Assembly: GCA_024137785.1 (NCBI GenBank)
Contig: JAHRHZ010000019.1
Coordinates: 47,517,835-47,581,834 of the forward strand
Source: Ginglymostoma cirratum
Taxonomy: Eukaryota
Direction of reading: 5' to 3'
DNA length: 64,000 bases
Shown here: piece after piece, positions 1 through 13,330 of the stretch
How the letters are laid out: each line of letters begins with the position of its first letter
How positions within the stretch are numbered: the first letter of the stretch is position 1
The notes under the pieces: generated by a model
The model's database searches: none
What the model saw: the letters and a program-made list of their open reading frames with translations, nothing else
Told to the model about the DNA's origin: nothing
Translations under genes and position numbers: made by a program

Positions 1-139
1 CGATTCCAACATTGTGATGATTCAATATCTGCTGATATGGAAGTGAATATTTCAATCTTTACTATTTTCAGTGCTAGAAGTCCCCACATAAACTTCTGTC
101 ATCCCCTGCCAACATTGTAAATGCATTTTCCCTTACAAC

Positions 140-1700
140 AAGCTACATTTATTTAGCACCCTTACTGTCGTAAAGCTTCCCAGGATATTTCACAGGAGCA
201 TTGTCAAACAGAATTTGATACCAATCTGCATAACAGGATATTAGGGAAATCGTTGAAAAGGTTGGTTAAAGGTGTAGATTTTAAAAGTGAATTAAAAAAG
301 TAAAGAGAGTTGGAAAGGCTTTGGGAGGGAACACCAAAGCTTTGCTCCTTAGCAACAATTGGTATGGCTGTCATGGTGGAGCAAGAATGCACAAAATGCC
401 AGAATTGAAAAGTGCAGTTATCTCAGAGGATTGTGGAGCTGGCTGAGGTTATAGATATAGGGAGGACTGAGGTTAAAGAGTAATTTGAATATGAGGATGA
501 CAATTTTAAAAGCTAAATGTTGCTTATCTGGGGAGGCAACGTATCATACAGGAGTGATGGATTAGTGTAATTCAGTGTGATACAGATAGTGAAATATTGG
601 TTGCACATAATTTATGGCAAGTGGAGGATGGAAATCTGACCAGGAATGAATTAGAAAAGGCAACACAGCTATCCTTGAGAGTATCAGCAGCACATATCAG
701 AGAGAGGGCGGAGTTGTCTGATGTTAATGAGGTGGAAAAAGGCGGCCTTAGTTATGGCACAGCTAAATGGTCAGAAGCTCATTTGTGGATCCGTTACGAG
801 AACAGTGTTTGAAGACGTGGTTCAAACTCAGACAGTTGCTAGGGAGAAGAGTGCAGTTGGTTGCTAGGGAACAAAGCTTATGGTAGGCAGTAAAGACAAG
901 GGCTTTGCTCTTCTTAATGTTTGTTGGAGGAAATTTCTGCTCTACTATCTCTGGAACTCAGCTAACCAATCTGGCAATTTAAAGTCTATGGAGGGTTCAA
1001 AAGAGGTGGTAATAAAATAGAATTAGGTCTGGTCAATGTACATATGGAATTTGACATTGTGTTTTTTGAATATGTCTCTACGAAGTTAGCATATAACAAG
1101 AAACAGGTAGGCCACCATCTGTTGGTTGGAGGTGAGAATGGGGGCGGTGTTGTGCCAGTTTTGAACTTAAAGCCCTGGCAACTGCTTATCTAACTATATG
1201 AGATAGATAGGTATGGAACTCTTCAACAGAGTCCCACTCAACTGGAGAATAGAGGAGGTGAACTTTGGGGCACCTTGTTGATGTGATCAATTATGTCAAA
1301 TGCTGCAGACGGATTAAGAATGATGACAAGAAACAGCTTACTTTGTCGCAATCAAATCGGATATCATTTGTGACTTCGATCAGAATCGTCTTAGTACTGT
1401 GACAAGAGTGGACATCTGATTGGAGGGATTTAACCAGTTCTAGAATGACGGGCACAGATATGGTAAGCAGCTGCATCCGAAAAAAGAGAAAATTAAGTTT
1501 TAAGAGATGAGGGTGAAAGTCAGCAAGGACAGAGGGGCTAAGGGATTTTTTAGGAGAGAGCAGATGATAGCAGATTTGAAGTGATGTAGTCAGTACCTGT
1601 GGAGAGAGAATCGTTAACAATATCAACTAATATGGGAGTCAGGAAAGTATGTTGGATAGTAAGTAGTTTAGTGGGAATAAAGTTAAGAGACTCGGATGTA
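140..1700 (-). mobile_element. Decayed L2-clade LINE (RT region and 3' part)
   Basis: The minus ORF 1291-1626 contains LQSDVHSCHSTKTILIEVTNDIRFDCDK, the L2 RT motif (Q-SGFR..HSTETAL.KVTNDI). The surrounding sequence is purine-rich on the + strand, as in other minus L2 copies. Confidence 0.7.
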
Positions 1701-1968
1701 GGCCCCATTCCATTTCAATTTTTTTTTGCCTCAGAAAGTTCTTTTGGCTTTTGCATTCGTTTTTAATCTGTAGACAAACATAATTCTGCCTGTTTAGATA
1801 CACTTTTATGACTTTTTCAATTGTGCAGCAACTAGATCGCCAAGAGTTGGGTTTTCAGCTGACAGGGCTTCTTGCCCACCCCTGAAAAAGTCAGTATTGC
1901 AGCAGCTCTGCCAATCATTGCAGCTCCACAGCCATTTAATGCTGCACTGCACATTGATTGTGCTGAAG

Positions 1969-2253
1969 ATCATAGAATCCATAGAATCCCAACCGCGCAG
2001 TTGGAGGCCATCAGGCCATTGAATCGAAACCAACCACCCAAAGATCACCCACCCCATCCCCGTAACCTCACATTTTACCGCAGTTAGCTCACCTCGCCTG
2101 CACATCTTTAGATTGTGGCAGGAAGCTAGGGCACCCAGAGGAAACCCATGTAGACATGGGGAGAATGTGCAAACTCCACACAAGGCTGGAATCAAACCTA
2201 GGTTCCTGGGGTTGTGAGGCAGCAATGCTGACCACTGTGCCACCGTGCCACCC
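1969..2253 (-). mobile_element. HE1-type tRNA-derived SINE
   Basis: The reverse complement begins GGCACGGTGGCACAGTGGTCAGCATTGCTGCCTCACAACCCCAGGAACCTAGGTTTGATTCC (A/B boxes), has the TGTGGAGTTTGCACATTCTCCC core and ends in a (TTCTATG)-type tail. Confidence 0.85.
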
Positions 2254-3046
2254 CTTGAGGCTTCCCCTCATCACGCATGAAATCCTACCTCAGAGAATCA
2301 GCAGCCATCTGACTGGCCAAGCTTTGTATTTCCAGCAGTGCCACTTGGACCAGTAGCAACTGCTGGGACTACAAGGACCTGGTAAATCCAGAGAGTCCCA
2401 ATTGGAGTGGAAGGGGACCAAGGCTAGGACATGATGGAGTGGTCAGGTAGAGTGATAAAACCTAAGGAGGGGGTGAGTGGGCACATTTATGGAGGTCACA
2501 TAATCTGGAAAGAGTGTAAAAATATGGCAGGTGGAAGGGCCTGTTCCTATGCTGTACTGTTCTATGTTCTATGATGGAAGCACCCAACCCTTTCTTCCCT
2601 CCCAGGTCCAGCCAAGCTAATCAGCCAGGCTGTTTAATAATTGGCCACTTGATAGCCTCGAATAGGGCAAGAACGAGCAAGCCATTTTGAGTTTCAATTG
2701 TCTACTATAAAATTGTAGACAAGTCAGAGGCAGGTGGGTAGTTGGTTGGAAGGGCAGATGGGAAATTTCATGGGTGCTTTTACCTGCAAATATACCAGTG
2801 GAGGCTGGTAATATTCTACTCAAAGAGCTGTCCTGCTGCAGATTGCAAGTTGTTAACAAGCAGTCAACTGTGGAATGGAATACCTTTCTGATTCTGGAGT
2901 AGACTAATAGGAACTCTAGTACTTTGACGTGAAAGTCCATAGAGTGTAATTCCCATGGTTCCAAAATACCTTTTTAAAAGTCCTGAAGGTACCAGACTGT
3001 GAATTTATGAAGAGTTGCTAATATTTTGAGAGTGTGACTGCTTGGA

Positions 3047-3255
3047 ATCATAGAATCATACAGTTCAGAAGGAGGGCCTTCAGCCTTTCAAATCTGTACT
3101 GCCAAAAATACACTAAATTTGCACTAGTCTTACTTTCCAGCACTAGGCCAATAATGTTGAATTTTATGACACTTCATATGCTTATCTGAGTATCTTTTAA
3201 AGATTGTAAGATTACTGAACAACCCGCCTAGGTTGTGCATTCCAGACTCTTACGA
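3047..3255 (-). mobile_element. CR1 3' tail fragment
   Basis: aatcatagaatcatacag tail followed by CR1 3'UTR-like sequence. Confidence 0.55.
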
Positions 3256-4879
3256 CTTGTGGTCAGCCTATTCTGCATTGTATGTGTTGTATATATTATA
3301 TATAAAATTGTATATATGCTAAATATATGAATGGACAGTCTGCACCATCGGTAAGGTAAGATCAGATACTAACAAAGTCAACCGAGGCTCTGGCTGTGCC
3401 TGACCTATGTAGTTAGTAGTACGTCCAGTACAAAGGTAGGGTTACTCAACTGTTTTTGTCTTCAGCTATCCCCACTGATCTCAACTAAGGAAAGCCTAAG
3501 TTAAGATCCACAGTGATGGTAACAGACATACTGAGCTTGCAAATAGCCTGGTGATCCTAACACGCCAATAGAGGAGAGAGGTCTCTACCTCCCTCCCTCA
3601 CTTAATGCGGGAACAGTAAGCAAGAGCGAATCTTATAAGGGGTTTGAACAGTGTGGGCTATGGCAAGATGTGTGGCAGTATCGGACAGAAAGTGCAGTTA
3701 GGCCTGGTGCTGTTCCTGACATGCCTTCCTGCACACATCATTGAACCAGGCTTCTGCACTTAATGATTTTTGAAATTTAATGGCTAGGAGCTGAACTCTC
3801 ACTAGTTCTGTAAATCCAATTTACAGTTAAGTATCATGATTCAGCAATTGCCAAGTTTGAACTGATTTTGATAATGCAGCCAGCATTTACTGCCAGGATT
3901 TAATAGAGATGCTGGATATTGCAGTATGACATGATCATTACTTGTGGCAACTGTTTGCCATCTCTGGTTAAAAAGTACATGCACTCACAGTGGGTGCAAC
4001 AAAGATATATTTTTTGAGTTAATGATTTTGAGAATGATTTTGGAAATGAGGCATTCATCAGTTTTACTTTGGTTTCTGGGTACCTGTTAGAAATTCATTA
4101 CCTCATTTGAAGATTTCTGCGCGCCTGATGAGGAATGCATACTGTCTGCCAATACTGATGTAGAGTTCCTTAAAATATACATCTTACTTATCAATCTTCA
4201 AAGACCTTAAAAGCAGATTGGCTGGAAAACTGTAAGAATTCTCATCAAAAAATTAGACTTGCATTTATTTAGATGATTGTCATGACCATCAGAGTCACTA
4301 CAGTTCACTTTGCACAGAATAAATTATTTTGCAGCACCTGTTGCTTTGCAAACAAAAACGTTAAAACATGTTCAGCTCGATCACATAAATGAAGATAGGA
4401 ATTAGTTAACCTTTTTGAATGATATTGATGGAGAGAGAAATACTAGCCAAGACATTAGAAGAACTCTCTATTTTTCAAATAGCATCAGGAGTCTTTAACA
4501 TCTATCTCAGCCATTGGAACAGGCATACGAGGTCTGATGATGTAAATCCTCCAAAGAACAGTACCTCTGAAAATACTGAAATTTCTCAGCACTGATTTAT
4601 GACATAAGCTCAAACACCTAGAATGTTATTATCTTAGCTAGTCCAGTCTGTTAGTACTAGGAAAATGTATATTTTATTTGTAATGTTTTACATTTTCTTC
4701 CAGGAAGTCTGTTGTTCTTGTACAAGGCACCTTCCATCCATGATCTCAATATAATTAAATTTCTTTTTGAGGACGTCACTTTACTTCAATTTGCTTTTTC
4801 TTTTTGTTCAGTGCAAGCTGTGACAGTAATTTGGTGACAGTTATTGGAAAGTCACACATTGGCTTTTGCCATCATCTAA

Positions 4880-5880
4880 TGTCTCCTTATTCCTTAGATC
4901 ACCGGACCTTATTCTGTTTTACCTTGCCTTTTGCATTTCTTTTAAACTTCTCATTCTTTTCTATGCCATCAAGATCTGCTTGAGTTTTTCTTTGATATCC
5001 TTTCTTCTGTCCACCCCCACCCCCCCAAATTTGTGTAAAAAGATTTCTCATCCGAGACTATTTCAATCTATACCTCAACTACCTGTGAACATCTCTTTAA
5101 ATGCTCCTAATTATATTCATATCCATTGTCCTAACCTCAACATTTCCCATGGTTTCTTCACTCTCATTTTCTGAGTGAATAATAAGACATAAATTTCTTC
5201 TTATCATCTTTTAACTCCACTGACTTCTTCATCTTTCCCTGGAAATCTTTTCCCTTCCTGGTAGCTTACAGACAACTCCAACTGTTACATACCTGTGTAA
5301 ATCTTATTTTTCTTTGCAACTCTTTTCTTAGCTTAGAGTTTGTCTTGAATAAAATCTCTATTCCACTTCCCAGTAGTCCCTTTCTCATATCTTAGTCTAG
5401 TATTCCCCCATTTCCCCTGCCTCAAGATGGGGCAAAAACCTGAGTGTGCCTGTCAAACCCTGCTGTCCCGTCCACAAACAAACCACATAATTTTTCTGGA
5501 GAACTAAGTTCACTGATTCTCCACCAGTAGTTGTCTCCTTCAGTCCTTGCCATTTCCTCCCACACCAACAATAAGTATGAGGCTTTTTTAAAATTACCAA
5601 ATTAGAGGCCGTTCATTCAGCTATATCTGTGACTTCACCTCTCCGTTTATTTCCTCATCTAAACATACAGTGATCTACAACTCTGTCCTCACCTCAAGCC
5701 TTTGTTTCTCACCCAAATTCCCACTTCTCACTTCAAGGTCACATAACGTAGGAGGCCTATCTCCCGCTCATTCAATCTGACCACCTAATTTCCTTTCCTG
5801 TCTCTCGTTTGAGCTGATATTGTAAAAGATTCTCTAACCTCAAGCATCATCTGCTGCTTTCAAAATTGACACCTTCAAGA
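4880..5880 (+). mobile_element. Highly decayed LINE (probably L2) fragment
   Basis: Pyrimidine-rich strand bias like the other L2 copies in the window. No intact motif, so the family call is tentative. Confidence 0.35.
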
Positions 5881-6094
5881 CATTACAGAAAGTGCCTAGC
5901 AACAAGCTGTTTTCCTACTTTCTCTGTCAAAGAATGCAAGTAGTGTATGGAAACAAATCAGGAGAAAAGCAATTATTTTCAAAGTGAAAGCAATAAAATG
6001 TACATAAATAAGAGGCTTATTTTGATTAATGTTGATGTTTAACATGTATCTATAACTATTTAATTAAATAATTGTTTGGTCTCCATGGTTTCAG

Positions 6095-6275
6095 CCCAAA
6101 TACTTCAGGAATATTCAATAATCTCCATGATGGCACCAAGGCCTTCCCTCAACGCCCAAGATCACCAAGTCGTAATAAACCCCAACCTCAATATGCAAGA
6201 TATATGAGAAGTAATACAAGATTTATTAATGAGCCATTTGCATATATGGAAGCTGAAGTTACCTTGCCACAGCAG
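6095..6275 (+). CDS. C2orf73: C2orf73/CIMIP6 orthologue, internal coding exon A
   Basis: tttcAG acceptor (6093-6094) and CAG|GTAAGT donor. Encodes PNTSGIFNN...YARYMRSNTRFINEPFAYMEAEVTLPQQ, resembling human C2orf73 [20 protein letters not shown] (recalled). Ends in phase 0. An alternative acceptor at 6107-6108 is possible. Confidence 0.85.
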
Positions 6276-6459
6276 GTAAGTCTTATGAATCTTAGTTCAT
6301 ACATGCATCATATTAATTTTTTTAGTTATTGAATGGAGCAAAATTAAATATACAAATATATATCTCTTTTAATTTTGTAATTTATACACATATTTAAAAA
6401 CACAAGGCATTCTGAGTAAGATTTGAACAGCAAAGATCTGTCTTTATATACAATCTGTG

Positions 6460-6900
6460 AGAAGATATGATCTTTTAGGGAGCTGAACTCAAAAAAGCGA
6501 ATGGGTTTTGAGAGGAATCTCAGATGTAGACAGGAAGATAGAATAATTTAAGACAAGAATTCCAGGCTCTAGAGTCCAAGCAACTGAAGTATGGCTGCTA
6601 AAGATGTCTAAAAGGTAGAGGATGCGAAAGTGGCTAGATTTAAACGAATGGGGAAGTTCTCATAGATTTGTAGGGCTGGAGGAGATTATAGTAATAGGTA
6701 GGTCAAAAAATGTGGATGCATTTCAACACCATGAGAATTTTGAATTTAAGGCAATATGGGAATTGGGATTCAGGGTAGTCAGCAAAGACATGGGGTGATA
6801 GGTGACTGTGACCTTGTACAAAATAAGATCTGGAAAATAGAGTTTGGAATGGCAGTGTGATATGTTTTGACAGAATAGAAAAATTGGAGGTACATAATGT
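6460..6900 (-). mobile_element. L2 3' fragment
   Basis: Shares gaattccag..agggc..aggcaactgaag and agggctggaggagattatag motifs with the L2 copies at 140-600 and 37790. Confidence 0.5.
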
Positions 6901-7039
6901 AAAATGATGTAGTGAATTGAGTCAAAATGCAGTTCCAAATGTATATCACCATATATGAATTAACTAATTGCTTGCTAAGAAGTAGCAAAAGCACCGGGCT
7001 TAAATCAATGTATTTCTGTCAATCCTGTCACTCTTAAGG

Positions 7040-7715
7040 TTAACATCCGGGTTTAGTTGGCAGCAAGGAAGACAGATGCAATGTTAGCAGTTATTTCAAG
7101 AGGACTATAATACAAGAACAGTGATGTACTGCTGAGGCTGTATAAGCCTATGGTCAGACTGCATTTTGAATATTGTGAGCAGTTTTAGGCTCCATATCTA
7201 AGGAAAGATGCACTGGCCTTGGAGGAAATCCAGAGGAAGTTCACAAGAATGATCCTGGAAATGAACAGCTTGACATATGAGGAGCGTTTGAGTACTCTGG
7301 GTCTGTACTCGCTAAAGTTTAGAAGATGAGGGGTGAATCTCATTGAAACTTACAGAATACTAAGGGCCTGGATAGGGTGGACATGGAGCAGATAGTTTCA
7401 CTAGTAGGAGAAACTAGGACCTGAGGGCACAGCCTCAGAGTGAAGGGTCGACTCTTTAGAACAGAGATGAGGAATTCCTTCAGCCAGAGATTGGTGGATC
7501 TGTGGAACTTGTTGTTGCAGAAGACTGTGGAAGCCAAGTCACTGAGAGTTCATAAAATAAATATAGATAGGTTCTTTATTTGTAAGGGGATCAAGGATTA
7601 CAGGGAGAAAGCAAGAGGGTGGAGTTGAGAAACATATCAGCCATGATTGAATGGCACAGCAGACTTGGTGGGCTGAATGGTCTAATTCTGCTCCTATATC
7701 TTACGTCTTATGGCT
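7040..7715 (+). mobile_element. CR1 (HER1-like) LINE 3' end
   Basis: Contains LYKPMVR.HFEYCEQF and FRTEMRNSFSQRLVDLWNLL (CR1 ORF2 C-terminus), plus the ggctgaatggtctaattctgctcctatatctta tail. Confidence 0.9.
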
Positions 7716-9179
7716 AAGACAACCTTGCTTGCCTTTGTATATCCTCCTAAGGTTCAACTGGAAAGATCAGAAAGTTGCTTGTTAACTCCCTAGAAAATTA
7801 TGATTTAAAAAACACAATTCTAACAAGTATTCTTAGATGCTGGGAATTTGATTATTTTCTTGCAAATTTAGTATTTCTCATTAAATAACTGTCTCAGCTG
7901 ATCAATCAAAACATCTCAAAATGAGTAATAACATTTTGAAAAAAATGTCTGGATTCAACTCTGGAGAATGACTTGTTGACTGTTAACAGGAATTGTTTTT
8001 GCCCAGGAGTGCATGAATGGATACAGCTGACACGTGTAACTTGAATGTGTTAGGCAACAGATTTGACAGATGATACCTTTGAAATTAAAGTCTTGTTTTT
8101 ACACAATCACCTAAAGTTGTAAGAACATTCATGACTTCACGGTGATCTGAACATGGTTATTGTGTAAGTGTTTTGTTGCGATTTATGACCCAGAGCGAGA
8201 CTGTTTATGCATGCACAGATATTAAATAATTTACATACCTGTATAGCATTGTAATTAATAGGAATGAGTAATTAGTCTTTATAGTAAGATACATAGTTGC
8301 CTTATATCTTAAGTCAGATATATTAGCTATATCAAAAGTGGATATTTCCTGTATAGCTATATACAATACCATGAATATTAACCAGTGACTTATTTTCCAC
8401 CATATTTTCTTGTTAGTTGGCAAAATTACAATATTAGCCTTTCTTTAAAATAAAGTACACTTTTCCTTTCATATAATTGAACCGTACTCAATAGTCAAAA
8501 TTATGTCCATTAGCAGAAAAAAAGAGAAGGAATGGTGAATTATAAGCGCTATTTGCAAAATCTTAATGGGGAATCACAGTTACAAAGAAAAATAAATGTG
8601 GAATACCTGAATAAAAAGAATTTAAAATCTAGCAAATCTTTCAATTTTTATTCTTTCTGAAGCAGTTTAGAAAGTCTTAGCTGCTGGTAATCAGTTTCTT
8701 GTGTTTCTTTTGCATTTCTCATTAAATCACTGTCACAGTTCCCAGATGATCGCTCTGAACAGCTCAAAATAAGTAATAATTCTGTATTTTTGAAGATCCT
8801 GACTGTAACTATGCCGCATGACTTATAGAATGGAATGGGCCTTTTACGGTGTGACTGCCTCTGCCTCTTAGCTATTCAAAACCTGCTGAAACTTTACTGA
8901 TGTAGGTTTGTAATGCAATCCAAGACCTTCATGAATGTTGTAGTCATGGAATGATTCCTGATCATGTTATTGTGAATTGTGGACTTCTCTATCAGCATTT
9001 ATAAAATGTGCTGAAAAGTCTTAGAATATATACTTATTCTGCCTATTTTTCTGGTATCCACTCTCAAATACTTTGTGCTTTGAGTAAGTACTGAGGACAT
9101 TCCCTGTAGCAGAGGATTATTTGTTGCTTTAGCTATTCCTGGCAAATAGACGCAATCACAGTTCCTAAACTCTGCCGCC

Positions 9180-11180
9180 CACATCTTATTTTGCACCATG
9201 TTCCCTTACTTGCCACCCCCAACCCCACCTCCTGTTGGGTATTCACCATTCCTCCTAACCTTCTGTTCTCCGATGCTGAACATTCTGTACTCAAAGGCCT
9301 CGGCTTTATTCCTCTGCATCCCTACCTTAACAAATTTTGGGCACGACATGATGCCGAACTCTTCTTCCGCCATCTTCGCCTCTTTGCCCATTTCTTTGGA
9401 CAATAGTCCTGACCCCATCCCACATTTTGCCCATTTCCAACCCTGTCCCTACACCTGGACCCCTCCCTCTGGCCTTTTACCAGCACTCGATCTGTTCATT
9501 GAGAACTGTTGACGTGATATTAGTCGCCTCAATTTTTCTGCCGCCCTCACCAAATCCAACCTATCCCCCTCCAAACTGACCACTCTGGGTGCTTAGATCT
9601 AACCCTGACTTTGTTATTGAGCCTGCTGATAAGGATGGTGCTGTCGTAGTCTGACGTACTGACCTCTACATTGCAGAGGCTGAGCACCAGCTCTCATATA
9701 CCTCCTCCTATCTTCTCCTGGACCATGACCCCACCATGATGCATCAGGCCATTGTATCTACTATGGTAACTGATCTCAGTTCATCTGGTGATCTTACCCA
9801 AACTGCTTCCAAGCTGATAGTCCCCCAGCCCTGCACAGCTCGCTTCTACCTCCTTCCAAAAATCCACAAACAAGACTGTCCAGGCAGACCCATTGTTTCA
9901 GCCTGCTCCTGCCCCACAGAACCCATCTCTTCTTACCTTGACACAGTCTTTTTTCCCCTCGTCCAATCCCTGCCCACATACATCTGTGATTCCTTTGATG
10001 CTTTACACCGGTTTCAAAACTTCCAGTTTACAGGTTCCAGCTGCCTCCTGTTTACCATGGACGTGCAATCCCTTTACATGTCCATTCCCTGCCAGGAGGG
10101 TCTTAGGACTCTCTGCTTCCTCCTGGAGCAAAGACCTGAACCGTCCCCAACCACCACCACCACCCCCCTCCTCCACTTGGCTATGCTTGTCCTCACCCCT
10201 AACAACTTCTCTTTTAACTCCTGTCATTTTCTTCAGGTCAGAGGGAGGGCCGTGGGTACCTGCATGGGCCCCAGTTATGCCTGTCTGTTCGTGGAGCACA
10301 TGGGATATTCCTTGTTCCAGTCCTATTCCAGCCCCACCCACAACTCTTCCTCTGATATTTCGATGATATCATTGATGCTGCTTCCCTCTCTCGTCTAGAA
10401 TTGGAAAAGTTCATCGATTTCACTTCCAATTTCCACCCTGCCCTATCCCTGACTCCTCCCTTCCCTTCCTCGACATCTCTGTTTCCATTTCTGGGGATAG
10501 GCTAGCCACTAATATCCACTGTAAACCCACTGACTTCCACAGCTACCTGGACTATATATCCTCACACCCTGCTTCCTGTAAAGACTCCATCCCATTCTCT
10601 CAGTTCCTCCGTCTCCATCGTATATGTTCAGACGAGGCCAACTTTGACAAGGGTGCCTCCGAAATGTCCACCTTCTTCCTCAACTGAGGATTTCCCCACA
10701 CCGTTGTCAACAGGGCCCTCAAATGGGTCTGACCCATCTCCCATATTTCCACCCTCACCCCTTCTCTCCCACCTCGCAACAGCAATAGGGCTCCCCTTGT
10801 CATTAAGCACCATCCCATCAGCATCCACGTCCAGAAGATCATCCAGCCATTTGTTTTGTCTCCAGTAGCATCTTATTTTTATTTTTTGTAATTATCTCTC
10901 TACTTCAATTAACCAGATTATAGGTCATCCCTTCACTTGCTGTTCAGCTGTTGACACTTTACTCACACCATCTAACACTTTTGATCACCTGCAGAGACTT
11001 GTTATTCAGTCTGTTGACACTCCACTCACACAATTTGTATGATCGTTTCATCTCTCTGCCTATAAATTCTATGCCTGTGTGCTTCTGTTCACTTCACCTG
11101 ATGAAGGAGCAGTGCTTGGAAAGCTTGTGATTTCAAATAAACCTGTTGGACTATAACCTGGTGTTGTGTGACTTCTGGCC
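9180..11180 (+). mobile_element. Penelope-like element, RT pseudogene with 3' pLTR and hammerhead-like core
   Basis: ARFYLLPKIHKQDCPGRPIVSACSCPTE, LFTMDVQSLY, G.AVGTCMGPSYACLFV and a Y/FDD motif. Frameshifted, with the GIY-YIG part missing. The terminal CTGATGA...GAAA lies at 11098-11122, followed by AATAAACCTGTTGGACTATAACC. Confidence 0.9.
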
Positions 11181-11473
11181 TTTTCAGTTTGTATGTGAGC
11201 TCTCATCCACATCCTGCATGGTGAGCAATGGAGTCTTGTTGCCTCTCTCAAAAACCTACAGGCCAATCCTACAATGGCTTCCTATAGGCTCTTCAATTCT
11301 CAGAGCTCATCTCCATGACAGTGTTAATCAAAAGGTAGAAATGCAAATTAGTAAATGCAATTCTATCTTGGAACTAAATAGACAATTTAAAGTATTATCA
11401 TTAACAAAACCCAACGCTCCCAATATCATCCCGGGAAACTTTGGAGTCTGCCTGCACCAACACAGCTACTCAG

Positions 11474-11575
11474 ATACAAAAACAGAAGTTGGTGGAAAAG
11501 CTCAGCAGGTCTGGCAGCATCTGTGGAGAGAAAATCAGAGTTTACGTTTCGGGTCTGGTAACCTTCCTCAGAAAT
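11474..11575 (-). mobile_element. Penelope pLTR fragment with minimal hammerhead
   Basis: The reverse complement reads TTCTGAGGAAGGTTACCAGACCCGAAACGTAAACTC, the same family as the ends of 39246-41190. Confidence 0.75.
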
Positions 11576-11951
11576 CAGATCCTCAGATCATTGTTTACTG
11601 ATGTAAATACCTTCCAACTCCTCTACAGTAAAAAAAGCCTGAGCATCCTTTTAACCTTGAACGACAGGCAAATTGAACTCCCTTCTTCCCTACATTTTAC
11701 CCTAAATTGAAAAGACAAACACAAAACACAATTTTGTGAACCTTGTATTTGTAACAACCAAAATAAAAGAATAAAAACATGGGAAAAAGCTTAATTGTTC
11801 CCATTCCATTTCCTGGCATGCTTACATGTCTAAGAAGTAAATCAGCAGATGCAACACAGGGGAATAATGTGGCAAATAGGAAATATGATATTTTAAAAAC
11901 ACAGTAAGGAAGGAGAATAAAGATGATCACTGCTTTGTCATTGTTTAACAG

Positions 11952-12111
11952 TTTCATTGGATGAAACATGAATCACCATTTTTGACACAGCACGTACCAG
12001 CTTACAGCTTGGAAAGCACCCAGAGGCATGATTACCAGAAAATAATCTCTGAATCTCATGCGCAAACAAGACATGGATGTAATCCAAACAAATATCCTTG
12101 TTCGGGCATAG
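11952..12111 (+). CDS. C2orf73: C2orf73 coding exon B
   Basis: tttaacAG acceptor and G|GTAAGA donor, phase 0 to 1. FHWMKHESPFLTQHVPAYSLESTQRHDYQK...KYPCSGI matches human WWSHGK..PPYDSKSTQRSDFQK..KPSCGI. Confidence 0.9.
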
Positions 12112-12604
12112 GTAAGATATGTAAGATAAGTAATTTTTATTTAATTGTTACTGTAATTGTGTTCAGATATTGCTGTTAGAAAATAATATGAATCACGTAA
12201 GTAGTAGTTGGAAAATACAATAAAATAATAAAATTACTTTAAGCTTGACTGTTGAAGAGGGTGAACTGCAAGTCATTCTTAGCAATGAAATATAAAGTGG
12301 TGTCAAAAAGGGGAACTAACACATTTGGTTAACACATTGCCCTTTCATCTCTCATGTATAGGCTTGAATCCAGCCAAACTTTTGGGATATGGTTGTTATC
12401 TGTTGCTCTAGTGGTGTAAGAATCTTGTTTGAGATGAAATTGGACAGTTTGGACGTAGTTTGTATTCGGTGTGCGGTTACACTGGAAATCTGTCCAAAAA
12501 TTCAACACAATTGATGTTAAATTGACAATTACTTAGAAAGATTACCGGATATAGATAGTAGAATAGACAGACAAGTCGCAGATAGAGTTTACTGCAGGGT
12601 CTTT

Positions 12605-12838
12605 TAAAAAGTATTTCCTGAGATGGGGCAATACTGGCCAGGCCAGCAATTATTACCCAACAGAGGCAGTTAAATATCAACCATGTTGTTGTGGGTCTGG
12701 AGTCACATGTAGGTCTGCCCACGTAAGGACAGCAAATTCCTTCCCTAAAGGACGTTAGCAAACCAGATGGGTTTTTCCAACAATCAATTAATTGTTCATC
12801 GTTAGACTCTTAATTCCAGATATTTATTTCATTCAAAG
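12605..12838 (-). mobile_element. tRNA-derived SINE family 2 (SacSINE1/DeuSINE-like), 5'-truncated
   Basis: Shares the ggagtcacatgtagg...cttccctaaaggac.ttag..aaccagatggg core with the copies at 16200, 24652 and 35398. Confidence 0.75.
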
Positions 12839-12839
12839 T

Positions 12840-13330
12840 TATATTTATCCTTTATAAAGCTCTGGTAAGGCTGCAGATGGAATATTGGGTTTGGTCCTGC
12901 TAATGACATTTTACGATGGACGGGGAGGGGGTCTTTGAGAGAGTGTAGAATCCATTGAGTAGAATGGTTCCAAGAATGAGGGATTTTAGCTAGAATGTTA
13001 GGTTGGAGCAGGTAGGATTGCTTTCCATCAAAGCAAAGGAATTTTGTACACAGAGGTGTACGAGATTATGACAAAGTTCGATAAATTAGATAAAGAAAAT
13101 TAGATGGTACAAGGGCTAGGGGACATAGATTTAAGATTTTGGGAAAACATATGGTGGGGGTGGGGGGAGAAGGTTGTGAGGAAGAACATAGTTTACACAA
13201 CAGTAATGACCTGGAGCTCACTGCCAGTGAAAGTAGTGGAGGAGAGTGATCAGTGATTTCAAAAGGAAATTAGATGGACGCTTGATGGAAATAAACTTGC
13301 AGGTTATTAGGACTCACTGGATTGGCCTGC
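12840..13330 (+). mobile_element. Decayed CR1 3' end
   Basis: LYKALVRLQMEY and EVYEIM motifs, and gggctaggggacatagatttaag. Confidence 0.65.

Noticed and set aside
9736-10398. 220-aa ORF as a functional RT gene
   Set aside because: It frameshifts before the catalytic DD, is flanked by stops and lacks the endonuclease, so it is a PLE pseudogene fragment.
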